From the NCBI GenBank assembly GCA_043585105.1, contig CP121325.1, positions 2,893,299-2,957,298 on the forward strand: a DNA stretch of 64,000 nucleotides. Direction: 5' to 3'. This document shows, piece after piece, positions 9,270 to 18,190 of this stretch (within the stretch, counting starts at the first letter, position 1; each line of letters starts with the position of its first letter). Source of the DNA: Marivita sp. Lineage in GTDB: Bacteria; Pseudomonadota; Alphaproteobacteria; Rhodobacterales; Rhodobacteraceae. The translations under genes and the position numbers were made by a program. The notes beneath the pieces are model-generated. The model did no database searches. It was not told the DNA's origin and saw nothing but the letters and a program-made list of their open reading frames with translations.

Positions 9270-10175
9270 TCACGGCCAATCGAATGGCCGCCCAGGATCA
9301 GAGACGCCCTGCTCTAATCCCTTCAGAAACGCCACACGATATGCACCCGGCGGCTGGGCTGCGTGACGCACAAAAAACCGGCTGAACTGTGCTGCCGATC
9401 CAAAACCCAGCGCGCTTGCAATCTCGTTCACGGACTGCCCTGAAGTTTCCAGCAGCAGCCGCGATTCGATCATCACACGTCGATCGATGATGTCCTTGGG
9501 GCCAAGCCCTCGCACGCGCTGGCAGATGTCGCCCAGACGGTCGCGGGTCACACCCAGGGTCTCGGCATAAAGCGATACTGTCCAGCGATCACGGAAATGC
9601 CGTTCAACCAATGTACTGAACCGGGTAAAGGCGCGGTGCGATGGGCTGCCGCCCTGTGGACCATCAGAATAGCTTGGCGCCGCGCGTAGAAGTTCGATCA
9701 GAATCACCCGTAGATAGGCCTCGACCACCACGTGAGCCGCCACAGCATCCTCCTCCAGTTCGCGGCGGATCCCAGCAAAAGCAGTGCGCAAGGCAGAGCC
9801 CTGTTCCGATCCGTGGTGCAGCGGCACGGTCAAGTTGTGATCGGCCACATCACGCAAATCACGAGCTTCGGGCAAGTGGCCGATCGTGTTGCCCAAGGCA
9901 CTGGCACTGAGCAGCACATACGTGCCAACCGCACCCGCATCGAACCGCAGACGAGAAGTCTCGTGCCACCGACGCCATGCCAGAACCGGCGCGTCGATGC
10001 GCTCGTCTTCCTCGGCTAGAACAGCACCGCCTTCCTCAAGCAAAACGGCACACCATGACGGGCCTCGAAGGCTTTCTGCCAAACCGACAATGCGGCTGCG
10101 CAGGCCCCCGGTCAAAGCCCCTGCCCGGACGGAGGCGGAGCCGTGGAAACGAAAGTCTGGCATCAACAATCCCAC
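9270..10175 (-). CDS. AraC family regulator (start possibly ATG 10163)
   Basis: LVERHFRDRWTVSLYAETLG, EIASALGFGSAAQFSRFF. Confidence 0.88.
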   Translation of the reverse strand: MGLLMPDFRFHGSASVRAGALTGGLRSRIVGLAESLRGPSWCAVLLEEGGAVLAEEDERIDAPVLAWRRWHETSRLRFDAGAVGTYVLLSASALGNTIGHLPEARDLRDVADHNLTVPLHHGSEQGSALRTAFAGIRRELEEDAVAAHVVVEAYLRVILIELLRAAPSYSDGPQGGSPSHRAFTRFSTLVERHFRDRWTVSLYAETLGVTRDRLGDICQRVRGLGPKDIIDRRVMIESRLLLETSGQSVNEIASALGFGSAAQFSRFFVRHAAQPPGAYRVAFLKGLEQGVSDPGRPFDWP

Positions 10176-10285
10176 AGAATGATAACTTATTGCCGCAGAG
10201 TATCATTTACTCGGGGTAGTTCCGAACGATTTTATAACTGGGCCGGAGGGAGACGGCTGCGTTCAGTGAGCCTGGGGAGGAGCAT

Positions 10286-11731
10286 CTGTACGAAACCCGC
10301 TTGATAATTGCAGGGCGACGCATCGCGCCTGATCCGCTTGTTGCGTTTGAAAGACGCGACCCGGTGTCAGATGCCGTTGTGACCCGTGCCGCCGCCGGAC
10401 GTGCAGCCGAGGCACGCGCCGCAGCTGTAGCTGCGGCCAGTGCCTTTGCCGACTGGGCCGCAACTCCGGTTCGTGACCGCATCGGGCTATTGCGAGATGC
10501 CGCCGACGCGCTTGAGACGCATGCCGCCGAGGTGGTCGAGATCGCCTGCGCGGAGGTGGGATCATCCCCCGATTGGGTGCGCTTCAACGTCGAATTGGCT
10601 GCGGCAATGCTGCGCCAGACATCTGATCTGGCTGACTTTCTAGACAACACTGAAAGCCCGGTGGAAGGGCACATCCTGTGCCGTAGACCGGCTGGTGTGG
10701 TTCTGGGCATTGCCCCTTGGAACGCCGCGGTCACACTGGCCACCCGCGCCGTAGCGGCGCCCTTGGCGTGTGGCAACACCGTTGTGCTAAAGGGCTCGGA
10801 ACTCTGCCCCAAGACGCATGAGTGGGTCGCCGACACGATCTGCAATGCAGGTTTGCCGGATGGCGTGCTGAATTACATCACGAATGCGCCTGATCATGCC
10901 GAAGAAGTTGTGGACGCGCTGATCGCCCACCCGGCTGTTCGGCGTGTGAATTTCACCGGATCGACCCGTGTCGGTCGCGAGATTGCGGTGAGCGCAGCCA
11001 AGCATTTAAAGCCCTGCCTGCTGGAACTGTCGGGCAAGGGAACGGCGGTTGTTCTGGCGGATGCGGATATCGACCTTGCCGCCCGCGCTATCGCGCATGG
11101 CAGTTTCTTCAACCAAGGCCAGATCTGCATGTCAACAGAACGGGTGATCGCCGACACATCGGTGGCGGATGCTTTGGTTGCCCGGTTGGCACAAGAGGCC
11201 GAGGCGCTGCGATTTGCGCCCGGACAGGCAAGTCCGCTTGGTGCGCTGATCAGCCCTGCAGCGGCGGTGCGGGTGCGGGCGATGATTGACGATGCAGTGT
11301 CCAAGGGCGCGGTTCTGGTCACCGGAGGCGAGCTGTCGGGAGGCGGGTTGCAGCCTGCGGTGCTGGACCGGGTCGCACCCGGCATGATGCTTTATGACGA
11401 AGAGGCGTTCGGCCCTGTGACTGGCGTCATCCGCGTGGCCGATGCGGAAGAGGCGCTGGCCATTGCCAACGACACGGATTTCGGCCTCGTCGCCTCGGTC
11501 TTCAGCCGGAACACGGACGCCGCAAAAGACATGCTCTACCAGATCGAAACAGGGATCGGTCACGTCAATGGATCGACGGTCTATGACGACCCCCGCCTGC
11601 CCTTCGGCGGCGTCAAGGCGTCGGGCTATGGGCGCTTCGGCGGACGCGATGCGGTGGTCGAATTCACCGAATGCCAATGGATCGCCATTCACGACCAGCC
11701 CTCGCCCGAGGGCAAGACGAATAATCAATAA
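10286..11731 (+). CDS. Aromatic aldehyde dehydrogenase (vanillin/salicylaldehyde DH-like); CTG 10286 or TTG 10301 start
   Basis: IAPWNA, LKGSELCPKTH, NFTGSTRVG, LELSGK, NQGQICMSTER, EEAFGP, PFGGVKASGYGRFGG. Confidence 0.88.
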   Translation: MYETRLIIAGRRIAPDPLVAFERRDPVSDAVVTRAAAGRAAEARAAAVAAASAFADWAATPVRDRIGLLRDAADALETHAAEVVEIACAEVGSSPDWVRFNVELAAAMLRQTSDLADFLDNTESPVEGHILCRRPAGVVLGIAPWNAAVTLATRAVAAPLACGNTVVLKGSELCPKTHEWVADTICNAGLPDGVLNYITNAPDHAEEVVDALIAHPAVRRVNFTGSTRVGREIAVSAAKHLKPCLLELSGKGTAVVLADADIDLAARAIAHGSFFNQGQICMSTERVIADTSVADALVARLAQEAEALRFAPGQASPLGALISPAAAVRVRAMIDDAVSKGAVLVTGGELSGGGLQPAVLDRVAPGMMLYDEEAFGPVTGVIRVADAEEALAIANDTDFGLVASVFSRNTDAAKDMLYQIETGIGHVNGSTVYDDPRLPFGGVKASGYGRFGGRDAVVEFTECQWIAIHDQPSPEGKTNNQ

Positions 11732-11744
11732 GGGAGGACGACAC

Positions 11745-12947
11745 ATGAAACGCAGAAACCTTTTCGGATTGGCCGCGGCCCTGACCGTTGCCACGGCATT
11801 GACCGGCCCGTTGGCCGCGCAGGAAGTGTTGAAGATTGGCGCAGTTGGTCCAAAGACTGGTCCGCTTGCGGGCGGCGGCGCAGTTACGTTCTGGCCGAAC
11901 GTACAGCTTTGGGCGCATGACGTGAACGAAGCAGGCGGTATCGACGTTGGCGGCACCAAAATGATGGTTGAAGTCATCGAATACGACGACCAAACCAACC
12001 CCGGCGAAACGATCAAGGCGGTGCAGCGTCTGGCGACACAGGATGAAGCAGATTTCATTCTTGCGCCCTATGGGACCGGTTTGAACATCGCGGCGGCACC
12101 GATCTTTGAACGCTACGGCTACCCGATGGTCACGCACACAGCGATTTCCGACCAGATCGAAGACCTGTCGGGTAAGTTTCCAAACATGTACTTCCTGCTG
12201 GGAGGAGCAACTGGCCTTGCGGGTGGCGTGATCGACGTTCTGAGTCAGATGCACGATGCGGGTGAGATTGGCAGGTCGGTCGCAATGGTCAACGTGGCCG
12301 ACGCGTTCGGCATCGAACTGGCCGAAGCAGCACGTCCGCAGTTCGAGGCCGCCGGGTTCGAAATCGTCTACGACTCCTCTTACCCGCTGGGCACACAGGA
12401 TTTGTCCCCAGTCATCAACGGCGCACGGGATTCCAACCCCGATGCGTTTGTTGCATGGTCCTACCCGCCAGACACGTTCGGCCTGACCGAACAGGCCCAG
12501 ATCGCGGGCTTGTCGCCCAAGGCGTTCTACACAGCCGTCGCCACCGCGTTCCCGTCCTACGGTGCACGGTTCGGTGCCGCTGCCGAAGGCGTGCTGGGCG
12601 CAGGGGGCGTGTTCGCAGATGGCGACGCGTTCAAGGATTACGCAGCCCGCCACGAGGCTGTGACAGGCGCCAAGCCTGACTTCTGGGCCTCGGCACCAGC
12701 CTATGCGTCGTTCCAAATCCTGCAACAGGCCATCGAAGGCGCTGGCACCACCGACAAGGCGGCTGTTGCGGAATATATCGCGAACAACGATTTCGACACG
12801 ATCATCGGCCCGATCACATGGGACGAGAACAACTCGAATGCCAAGTACTGGACCGTGGGTCAGTGGCAGGGCGGCGTCTTCAAGGGTGTGGCCTCCACCG
12901 GGCGTGACGGCGCTGTCGCGGCACTGCCCAAGGCCGGCTGGGAATAA
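11745..12947 (+). CDS. LIV-type (HAAT) ABC substrate-binding protein, probably for aromatic compounds
   Basis: GGGAGG RBS then MKRRNLF (twin-Arg-like signal); IEYDDQT, FILAPYGTG, YDSSYPLGTQDLSP. Confidence 0.85.
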   Translation: MKRRNLFGLAAALTVATALTGPLAAQEVLKIGAVGPKTGPLAGGGAVTFWPNVQLWAHDVNEAGGIDVGGTKMMVEVIEYDDQTNPGETIKAVQRLATQDEADFILAPYGTGLNIAAAPIFERYGYPMVTHTAISDQIEDLSGKFPNMYFLLGGATGLAGGVIDVLSQMHDAGEIGRSVAMVNVADAFGIELAEAARPQFEAAGFEIVYDSSYPLGTQDLSPVINGARDSNPDAFVAWSYPPDTFGLTEQAQIAGLSPKAFYTAVATAFPSYGARFGAAAEGVLGAGGVFADGDAFKDYAARHEAVTGAKPDFWASAPAYASFQILQQAIEGAGTTDKAAVAEYIANNDFDTIIGPITWDENNSNAKYWTVGQWQGGVFKGVASTGRDGAVAALPKAGWE

Positions 12948-12956
12948 TCCCGCGTT

Positions 12957-12977
12957 GGCCCCGGCAGGTCCGGGGCC
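12957..12977 (+). other. GC-rich stem-loop after the binding-protein gene (mRNA stabiliser or attenuator)
   Basis: GGCCCCGG-CAGGT-CCGGGGCC. Confidence 0.5.
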
Positions 12978-13001
12978 ATCCACACCAAACCCGGAGACCA
13001 C

Positions 13002-13868
13002 ATGGACATTCTGATCACAGGGCTTTTGCTGGGCGGCACCTACGCGCTGATCGCGATGGGGCTGAACCTGCAATACGGCATGGCAAGGATCATGAACCTC
13101 GCCAATGGGGAATTCCTTGTGGCGGGCGGCTTTGCGGCCTTCTGGTTCTATACGGCGGGACAGGTCAGCCCGCTTTTGACGATCTTCATAGTGGCACCTC
13201 TGGCGTTTGGGCTGAACTGGCTGATTTATGTGGTGATGCTGCGCCCGTTGGTGAAACGCGCCAAGTCGCATGGCCAGCTTGAGGTTGACGCGATCCTGAC
13301 CACGTTCGGACTGGCTTTCGTGTCCGTCGGTATCATGCTCGCGCTCTTTGGCGGTGACTACTTTTCCTATTCCTACCTGGCCCGTCCCATCACCCTGATC
13401 GGTGACACCTACGCGCTGAACCGCGTAACGGCGGCGGTTGCAGCGGTGATCATCTGCGGCGGGCTATGGCTTTGGCTGAACCGCACCCGGGCGGGCATGT
13501 CGATCCGGGCGATTGCGGTTGATCCCAAAAGCGCGCGGTTGGTGGGCATTGATGTGCCGAAGCTTTCCGCACTGGCGTTTGCGCTTGGCGGTGCCGTGAC
13601 GGCCATGGGCGGCGCGTTGATTTCGACCTTTCTCACTCTGGACGCATCAACCGGCGTGATGTTCACGCTCAAGGCGCTGGTGATCGTGATCATGGGAGGC
13701 GTGGGCGATGTGCGCGGCACCATCGTGGCCGCACTCTTGCTGGGTATCTTGGAGACCTTCGTGGCCACATTGATCGACCCTGGCCTGACACTCGCTGCGG
13801 CGTATCTGCTCTTTGTTCTGATCCTGCTCTTCCGACCACAGGGCCTGTTCGGGAGGCGCACGACATGA
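13002..13868 (+). CDS. LivH-like ABC permease
   Basis: GGTYALIAMGLNLQYG..RIMNLANGE; VIVIMGGVG. Confidence 0.9.
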   Translation: MDILITGLLLGGTYALIAMGLNLQYGMARIMNLANGEFLVAGGFAAFWFYTAGQVSPLLTIFIVAPLAFGLNWLIYVVMLRPLVKRAKSHGQLEVDAILTTFGLAFVSVGIMLALFGGDYFSYSYLARPITLIGDTYALNRVTAAVAAVIICGGLWLWLNRTRAGMSIRAIAVDPKSARLVGIDVPKLSALAFALGGAVTAMGGALISTFLTLDASTGVMFTLKALVIVIMGGVGDVRGTIVAALLLGILETFVATLIDPGLTLAAAYLLFVLILLFRPQGLFGRRTT

Positions 13869-14806
13869 GCCTGACCAAACGCGACTGGCAATCCATCACG
13901 CTTTCGGCGGTTTTGTTGACGGTCGCCGCCTGCCTGCCGTTAACCGGTGACGCCTATATGCTGTCCATCGGCATCACGATTGCGATGTATGCGGTGCTGG
14001 CGACCAGCTGGGCACTTTTCTCAGGCCCAACTCATTATATCTCACTCGCAACGGCCGCATTCTTTGGCCTTGGCACATACACCACCGCAATCGGGATCGA
14101 GAACGGTCTGAACTACTGGGTGACGCTGCCAATAGCTGCGATCCTTGGCGCGGTTCTCGCAGCTTTGGTAGGCCTCGCAACGCTACGACTGTCGGGTGTC
14201 TATTTCGTGATTTTCACACTGGGACTCGCCGAGCTGGTGCGTCAGGTTGTGACATGGGGTCAGAACGTATCGGGGCAGAAGGGGTTATACGTCTTAACCG
14301 ATATCACCGAAGTGCACATCTACTGGCAACTGTTGGTGCTGGGCGGGATCGTCTACCTGACCGGCTGGGCCATCGGGCGATCGCGCCTTGGCTTTGCGCT
14401 GCGCATCATAGGTGATGACGAAGAGGTCGCGCGCCATTCCGGGATCAATACATCGCGGGCCAAGATCCTGCTGTTCATGGTATCGGGCGCGACCGCTGCC
14501 GTGGTTGGGTCGATGCTGGCACCCCGGTATATCTACATCGAACCCGCGCTGGCCTTCACGCCAATGCTGTCCTTTCTTGTGGTTATCATGGCGCTCTTGG
14601 GCGGCACGGGTCGGCTTTGGGGGCCACTGGTGGGCGTGATCCCATTCACCCTTCTGTGGGAGGCGATCTCGGCAAGTTTCCCGAACCAGACGACACTGCT
14701 TCTGGGTCTGAGCTTCCTCGTCATCGTCTACCTGCTGCCGCGTGGCTTTGTCGGCCTGATCGAAAGCGGCAAACGCAAGATGCGGGAACGGGAGGCGTTT
14801 GCATGA
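13865..14806 (+). CDS. LivM-like ABC permease
   Basis: LRLSGVYFVIFTL, SRLGFALRIIGDDE, LLGGTGRLWGP. Confidence 0.9.
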   Translation: MSLTKRDWQSITLSAVLLTVAACLPLTGDAYMLSIGITIAMYAVLATSWALFSGPTHYISLATAAFFGLGTYTTAIGIENGLNYWVTLPIAAILGAVLAALVGLATLRLSGVYFVIFTLGLAELVRQVVTWGQNVSGQKGLYVLTDITEVHIYWQLLVLGGIVYLTGWAIGRSRLGFALRIIGDDEEVARHSGINTSRAKILLFMVSGATAAVVGSMLAPRYIYIEPALAFTPMLSFLVVIMALLGGTGRLWGPLVGVIPFTLLWEAISASFPNQTTLLLGLSFLVIVYLLPRGFVGLIESGKRKMREREAFA

Positions 14807-15540
14807 CCACTGGTCCCACAGTTCTATCCCTGCGCGGAGCCACCAAACGGTTTGGCGGACTGGTTGCTGTCAACGACATGGAATTCGACGTGACCGAACA
14901 CGAGGTGCTGGGCCTGATCGGCCCTAACGGATCGGGCAAATCCACGACGCTGAACCTCATTTCCGGCGCATTGAAGCCAACCGAAGGCACGATTTCCCTG
15001 CGCGGCACGCCGATTTCGCACCTTTCTGCGGCGGACATCGCCCGGCGCGGCATTGCCCGCACGTTCCAGTTGGTCCGACTTTTGCCGTCGATGACCGTAC
15101 TCGAAAACGTCCGCGCAGGCGCCGTGTTCGGCCATCGCCGTCGCTGGGGGGCCGAGGCAGATGTCCATGCGTTGCGGATGCTGGCGCTTGTGGGGCTGGA
15201 CCGTCGTGCCAATGCCCATGTTGGTGAACTGACTTATATCGACACCAAACGCGTCGAGCTGGCTCGCGTGCTGGCGTCTGAACCCAAGGTACTGCTGCTG
15301 GACGAATGGCTGGCGGGTCTGAACCCGACCGAGCTTGAGGAAGGCATCACCCTCATCAAGCGTCTGCGCGACGAAGGACGCACGATCATTCTGGTGGAAC
15401 ACGTGATGGACGCGATCCGGTCGCTCTGTGATCGCTGTGTGGTCATGTCCACTGGCACCAAGATCGCCGAAGGCACACCCGAAGAGGTGCTGTCCGACCC
15501 CGAAGTGATCCGCGCCTATCTGGGGGATGACGATGCTTGA
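14803..15540 (+). CDS. LivG-like ABC ATPase
   Basis: ATG overlaps the livM stop; FGGLVAV, GPNGSGKST, LLLDE, VEHVM, RAYLG. Confidence 0.9.
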   Translation: MTTGPTVLSLRGATKRFGGLVAVNDMEFDVTEHEVLGLIGPNGSGKSTTLNLISGALKPTEGTISLRGTPISHLSAADIARRGIARTFQLVRLLPSMTVLENVRAGAVFGHRRRWGAEADVHALRMLALVGLDRRANAHVGELTYIDTKRVELARVLASEPKVLLLDEWLAGLNPTELEEGITLIKRLRDEGRTIILVEHVMDAIRSLCDRCVVMSTGTKIAEGTPEEVLSDPEVIRAYLGDDDA

Positions 15541-16687
15541 GGTCCGCAACCTGTCCGTCAGCTATGGCAAGCACCGCGCCTTGGGCGGCGCATCTTTGCG
15601 CGTCGGCAAGGGAGAGATCGTCGTCATCCTTGGTGCGAATGGCGCCGGGAAATCGACACTGCTCAAAGCGGTCTGCGGGATTTGCGAAGGCCAGGTCGCC
15701 GGGGATGTGCAGCTTGAGAACGCGCAGTTGGTCGGGGAAAAGCCGCACAAGATCGTGGAAGCTGGAATCGCCCTCGTACCCGAAGGGCGCGGCGTGTTCG
15801 GTGATCTGACGGTCGAGGAAAACCTGACGCTTGGAGCCTATGCCGAGCGGGCGCGGGATGAAGCGGCGGGCAACCTGCAACGAGTTCTGTCACTGTTCCC
15901 GAAACTGGGCGAACGTCGCAAGCAGACCGTGCGCACCATGTCGGGTGGTGAGCAGCAGATGGTCGCTATCGGTCGCGCGATGATGTCGAACCCGTCGATC
16001 CTAGCGCTGGATGAACCATCATTGGGCTTGTCACCCTTGCTCTGCAAAGACCTGTTCGAAAGCCTGCGCGTCGTCAAACAGGCTGGGCTGGGCATCTTGC
16101 TGGTCGAACAGAACGCCAAGCAAAGCCTACGCATCGCGGATCGAGGTTACCTCTTGGAGAACGGAAACATCGTGCACGAGGATGATGCAGAGCGGCTGGC
16201 GAATGACCCGACGGTTCAGAAAGCCTATCTTGGCGGTAGTGGTGCTGCGACCGAGGCCAGACGCCCTGCCCCGGCGACCAGGCCGACACCCGCCATCCCG
16301 CGCCCAGCGACAGGACCAAAACCGAACGAGATCGCAGCGGCAGCGATGAAATCGGTCAGCGCTCCGGCGCGACCTGTTCCGGTGACCAAACCCACTGCAC
16401 CTGCACCCAAACCAGCACCCGCAGCCAACGGCACTGCCGCAGTTCAAAAACTCGATACGCCCAACATCTCGGATCTGGTGGCCAAAGCCAGTGCCACCGC
16501 GTCACGTCGCAACGGAGCAACGCCGCCGCCGCGTGCGCCCACGACACAGCCCGTGCCAACGCAACCCACACGTTCGGCGCAGCCCGCCATCCCGGATTTC
16601 GCGTCGTCGTCAGACCGGTTGCGTTCGATGATCGAAGACATCGAAGCCGCGGCACGACGCGCTGAAACCTACAAGCCAAGGAGATAA
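15527..16687 (+). CDS. LivF-like ABC ATPase with a 149-aa Pro/Ala/Thr-rich C-terminal extension
   Basis: GANGAGKST, MSGGEQQM, LDEPSLGL, VEQN, KAYLGG at 16220-16237, then a long low-complexity tail. Confidence 0.9.
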   Translation: MTMLEVRNLSVSYGKHRALGGASLRVGKGEIVVILGANGAGKSTLLKAVCGICEGQVAGDVQLENAQLVGEKPHKIVEAGIALVPEGRGVFGDLTVEENLTLGAYAERARDEAAGNLQRVLSLFPKLGERRKQTVRTMSGGEQQMVAIGRAMMSNPSILALDEPSLGLSPLLCKDLFESLRVVKQAGLGILLVEQNAKQSLRIADRGYLLENGNIVHEDDAERLANDPTVQKAYLGGSGAATEARRPAPATRPTPAIPRPATGPKPNEIAAAAMKSVSAPARPVPVTKPTAPAPKPAPAANGTAAVQKLDTPNISDLVAKASATASRRNGATPPPRAPTTQPVPTQPTRSAQPAIPDFASSSDRLRSMIEDIEAAARRAETYKPRR

Positions 16688-16691
16688 CGCC

Positions 16692-18167
16692 ATGCTCGAT
16701 ACGACCTCCTCTGCTCCAACCATCCGAGGCCTATATATCGGAGGCAATTGGGTGCCCGCCGCCCGCACTTTTGATGACCTGAACCCGTCGGACAATTCGC
16801 TGTACGCCCGCATTCCTGATGGCAGCGCCACCGACATGGACCGTGCCATTTCCGCCGCACAGGCCGCATTCCCGGAATGGTCAGGCAAAACGTTTCAGGA
16901 ACGCACCAAGATGCTGCTGCGCATCGCGGATGTTTGGGACAGCCGCAAGGACGACTTCATCCATGCCGTGATGCACGAGGGCGGCGGATGGTTCGGCAAG
17001 GGTGTGTTCGAAGCCGGGTTCGTCGCCGAGATTTTCCGCACCTCAGCTTCTCTCTGCTACCAAGCGACGGGTGAGGTCCTGCCTTCGGCTGATGGTAAGG
17101 TGTCGATGGCAACACGCTGGCCGTTGGGTGTGGTTGGCGTCATCTCGCCGTGGAACATGCCGGGCATCCTGACCTCGCGCGGTTATGCGGCGGCACTTGC
17201 GGCTGGCAATTGCGTCGTGCTGAAACCGTCCGAAGACACGCCCTATTCCGGTGGTCTGTTCCATGCCGAAGTTCTTGAGGAAGCAGGTGTTCCACCGGGT
17301 GTGTTCAACGTCATCACTTGCTCGCGCGACAGCGTGGGCGAAGTGGGCGATGCCCTGATCGAAGACCACCGGGTCAAGGCCATCTCGTTTACAGGCTCCA
17401 CCGCCGTGGGTCGCCACATCGCGGCCAAATGCGGTGCGCATCTCAAGAAGTGCTGCGTCGAGCTAGGCGGTAAGGACTCGATGATCGTTCTCGAAGATGC
17501 CGATCTCGACAAAGCCGCCGAGGCCGCGAATTTCGGCAGTTTCATGCACCAGGGACAAGTTTGCATGTCCACCGAAAAGCTGCTGATCCACGACAGCGTT
17601 TACGAGCCGTTCATGCAGAAATTCCTTGCCCGCGCGGGCAAACTCAAGACCGGGCATGTCAACGACAAAACCAACGTCATCGGCCCGCTGGTAAACACGC
17701 GTCAGGCACACCGCGTCAAAGCGCTGATCGACGACGCGGTCGCCAAAGGCGCGCATCTCGCCCTAGGTGGCAACGCGTGGGAGAACTTTGTCGAACCCAC
17801 CGTGCTGACCCATGTCGACCGATCCATGGACATTTGGCACGATGAAACCTTTGGTCCCGTAGTCATTGTCGCCCCGTTCCGCACCGAAGACGAAGCGATC
17901 GAGATGAACAACGACACGGAATACGGCCTGACCGCCGCTGTCTGGACCGCCAATGAAGGCCGCGCCTTGCAAATGGCCGGGCGGCTTGAGACCGGGATGG
18001 TCCACATCAACGACCAGAACATCAACGACGAACCGCAAGTTCCATTTGGCGGGGTCAAGGCCTCGGGCGTGGGCCGCTATGGCGGTCGCTGGTCGCTGGA
18101 TGCGTTTACGGAACTACGGTGGATCACGCTCGAACGCGGCGGTCGCCATTACCCGCCGGTCTTTTGA
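16692..18167 (+). CDS. Aldehyde dehydrogenase (benzaldehyde DH-like)
   Basis: ISPWN, LKPSEDTP, SFTGSTAVG, ELGGK, HQGQVCMS, ETFGP, PFGGVKASG. Confidence 0.9.
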   Translation: MLDTTSSAPTIRGLYIGGNWVPAARTFDDLNPSDNSLYARIPDGSATDMDRAISAAQAAFPEWSGKTFQERTKMLLRIADVWDSRKDDFIHAVMHEGGGWFGKGVFEAGFVAEIFRTSASLCYQATGEVLPSADGKVSMATRWPLGVVGVISPWNMPGILTSRGYAAALAAGNCVVLKPSEDTPYSGGLFHAEVLEEAGVPPGVFNVITCSRDSVGEVGDALIEDHRVKAISFTGSTAVGRHIAAKCGAHLKKCCVELGGKDSMIVLEDADLDKAAEAANFGSFMHQGQVCMSTEKLLIHDSVYEPFMQKFLARAGKLKTGHVNDKTNVIGPLVNTRQAHRVKALIDDAVAKGAHLALGGNAWENFVEPTVLTHVDRSMDIWHDETFGPVVIVAPFRTEDEAIEMNNDTEYGLTAAVWTANEGRALQMAGRLETGMVHINDQNINDEPQVPFGGVKASGVGRYGGRWSLDAFTELRWITLERGGRHYPPVF

Positions 18168-18190
18168 TCAGCATTTAGGGAGGATTACAC

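Noticed and set aside
11442-11744. 100-aa N-terminal extension of the binding protein in the ORF track
   Set aside because: Overlaps the ALDH gene; RBS and signal peptide place the start at 11745
11664-13271. 535-aa minus-strand ORF
   Set aside because: Antisense to the ABC binding protein and livH; no motifs; typical high-GC shadow ORF
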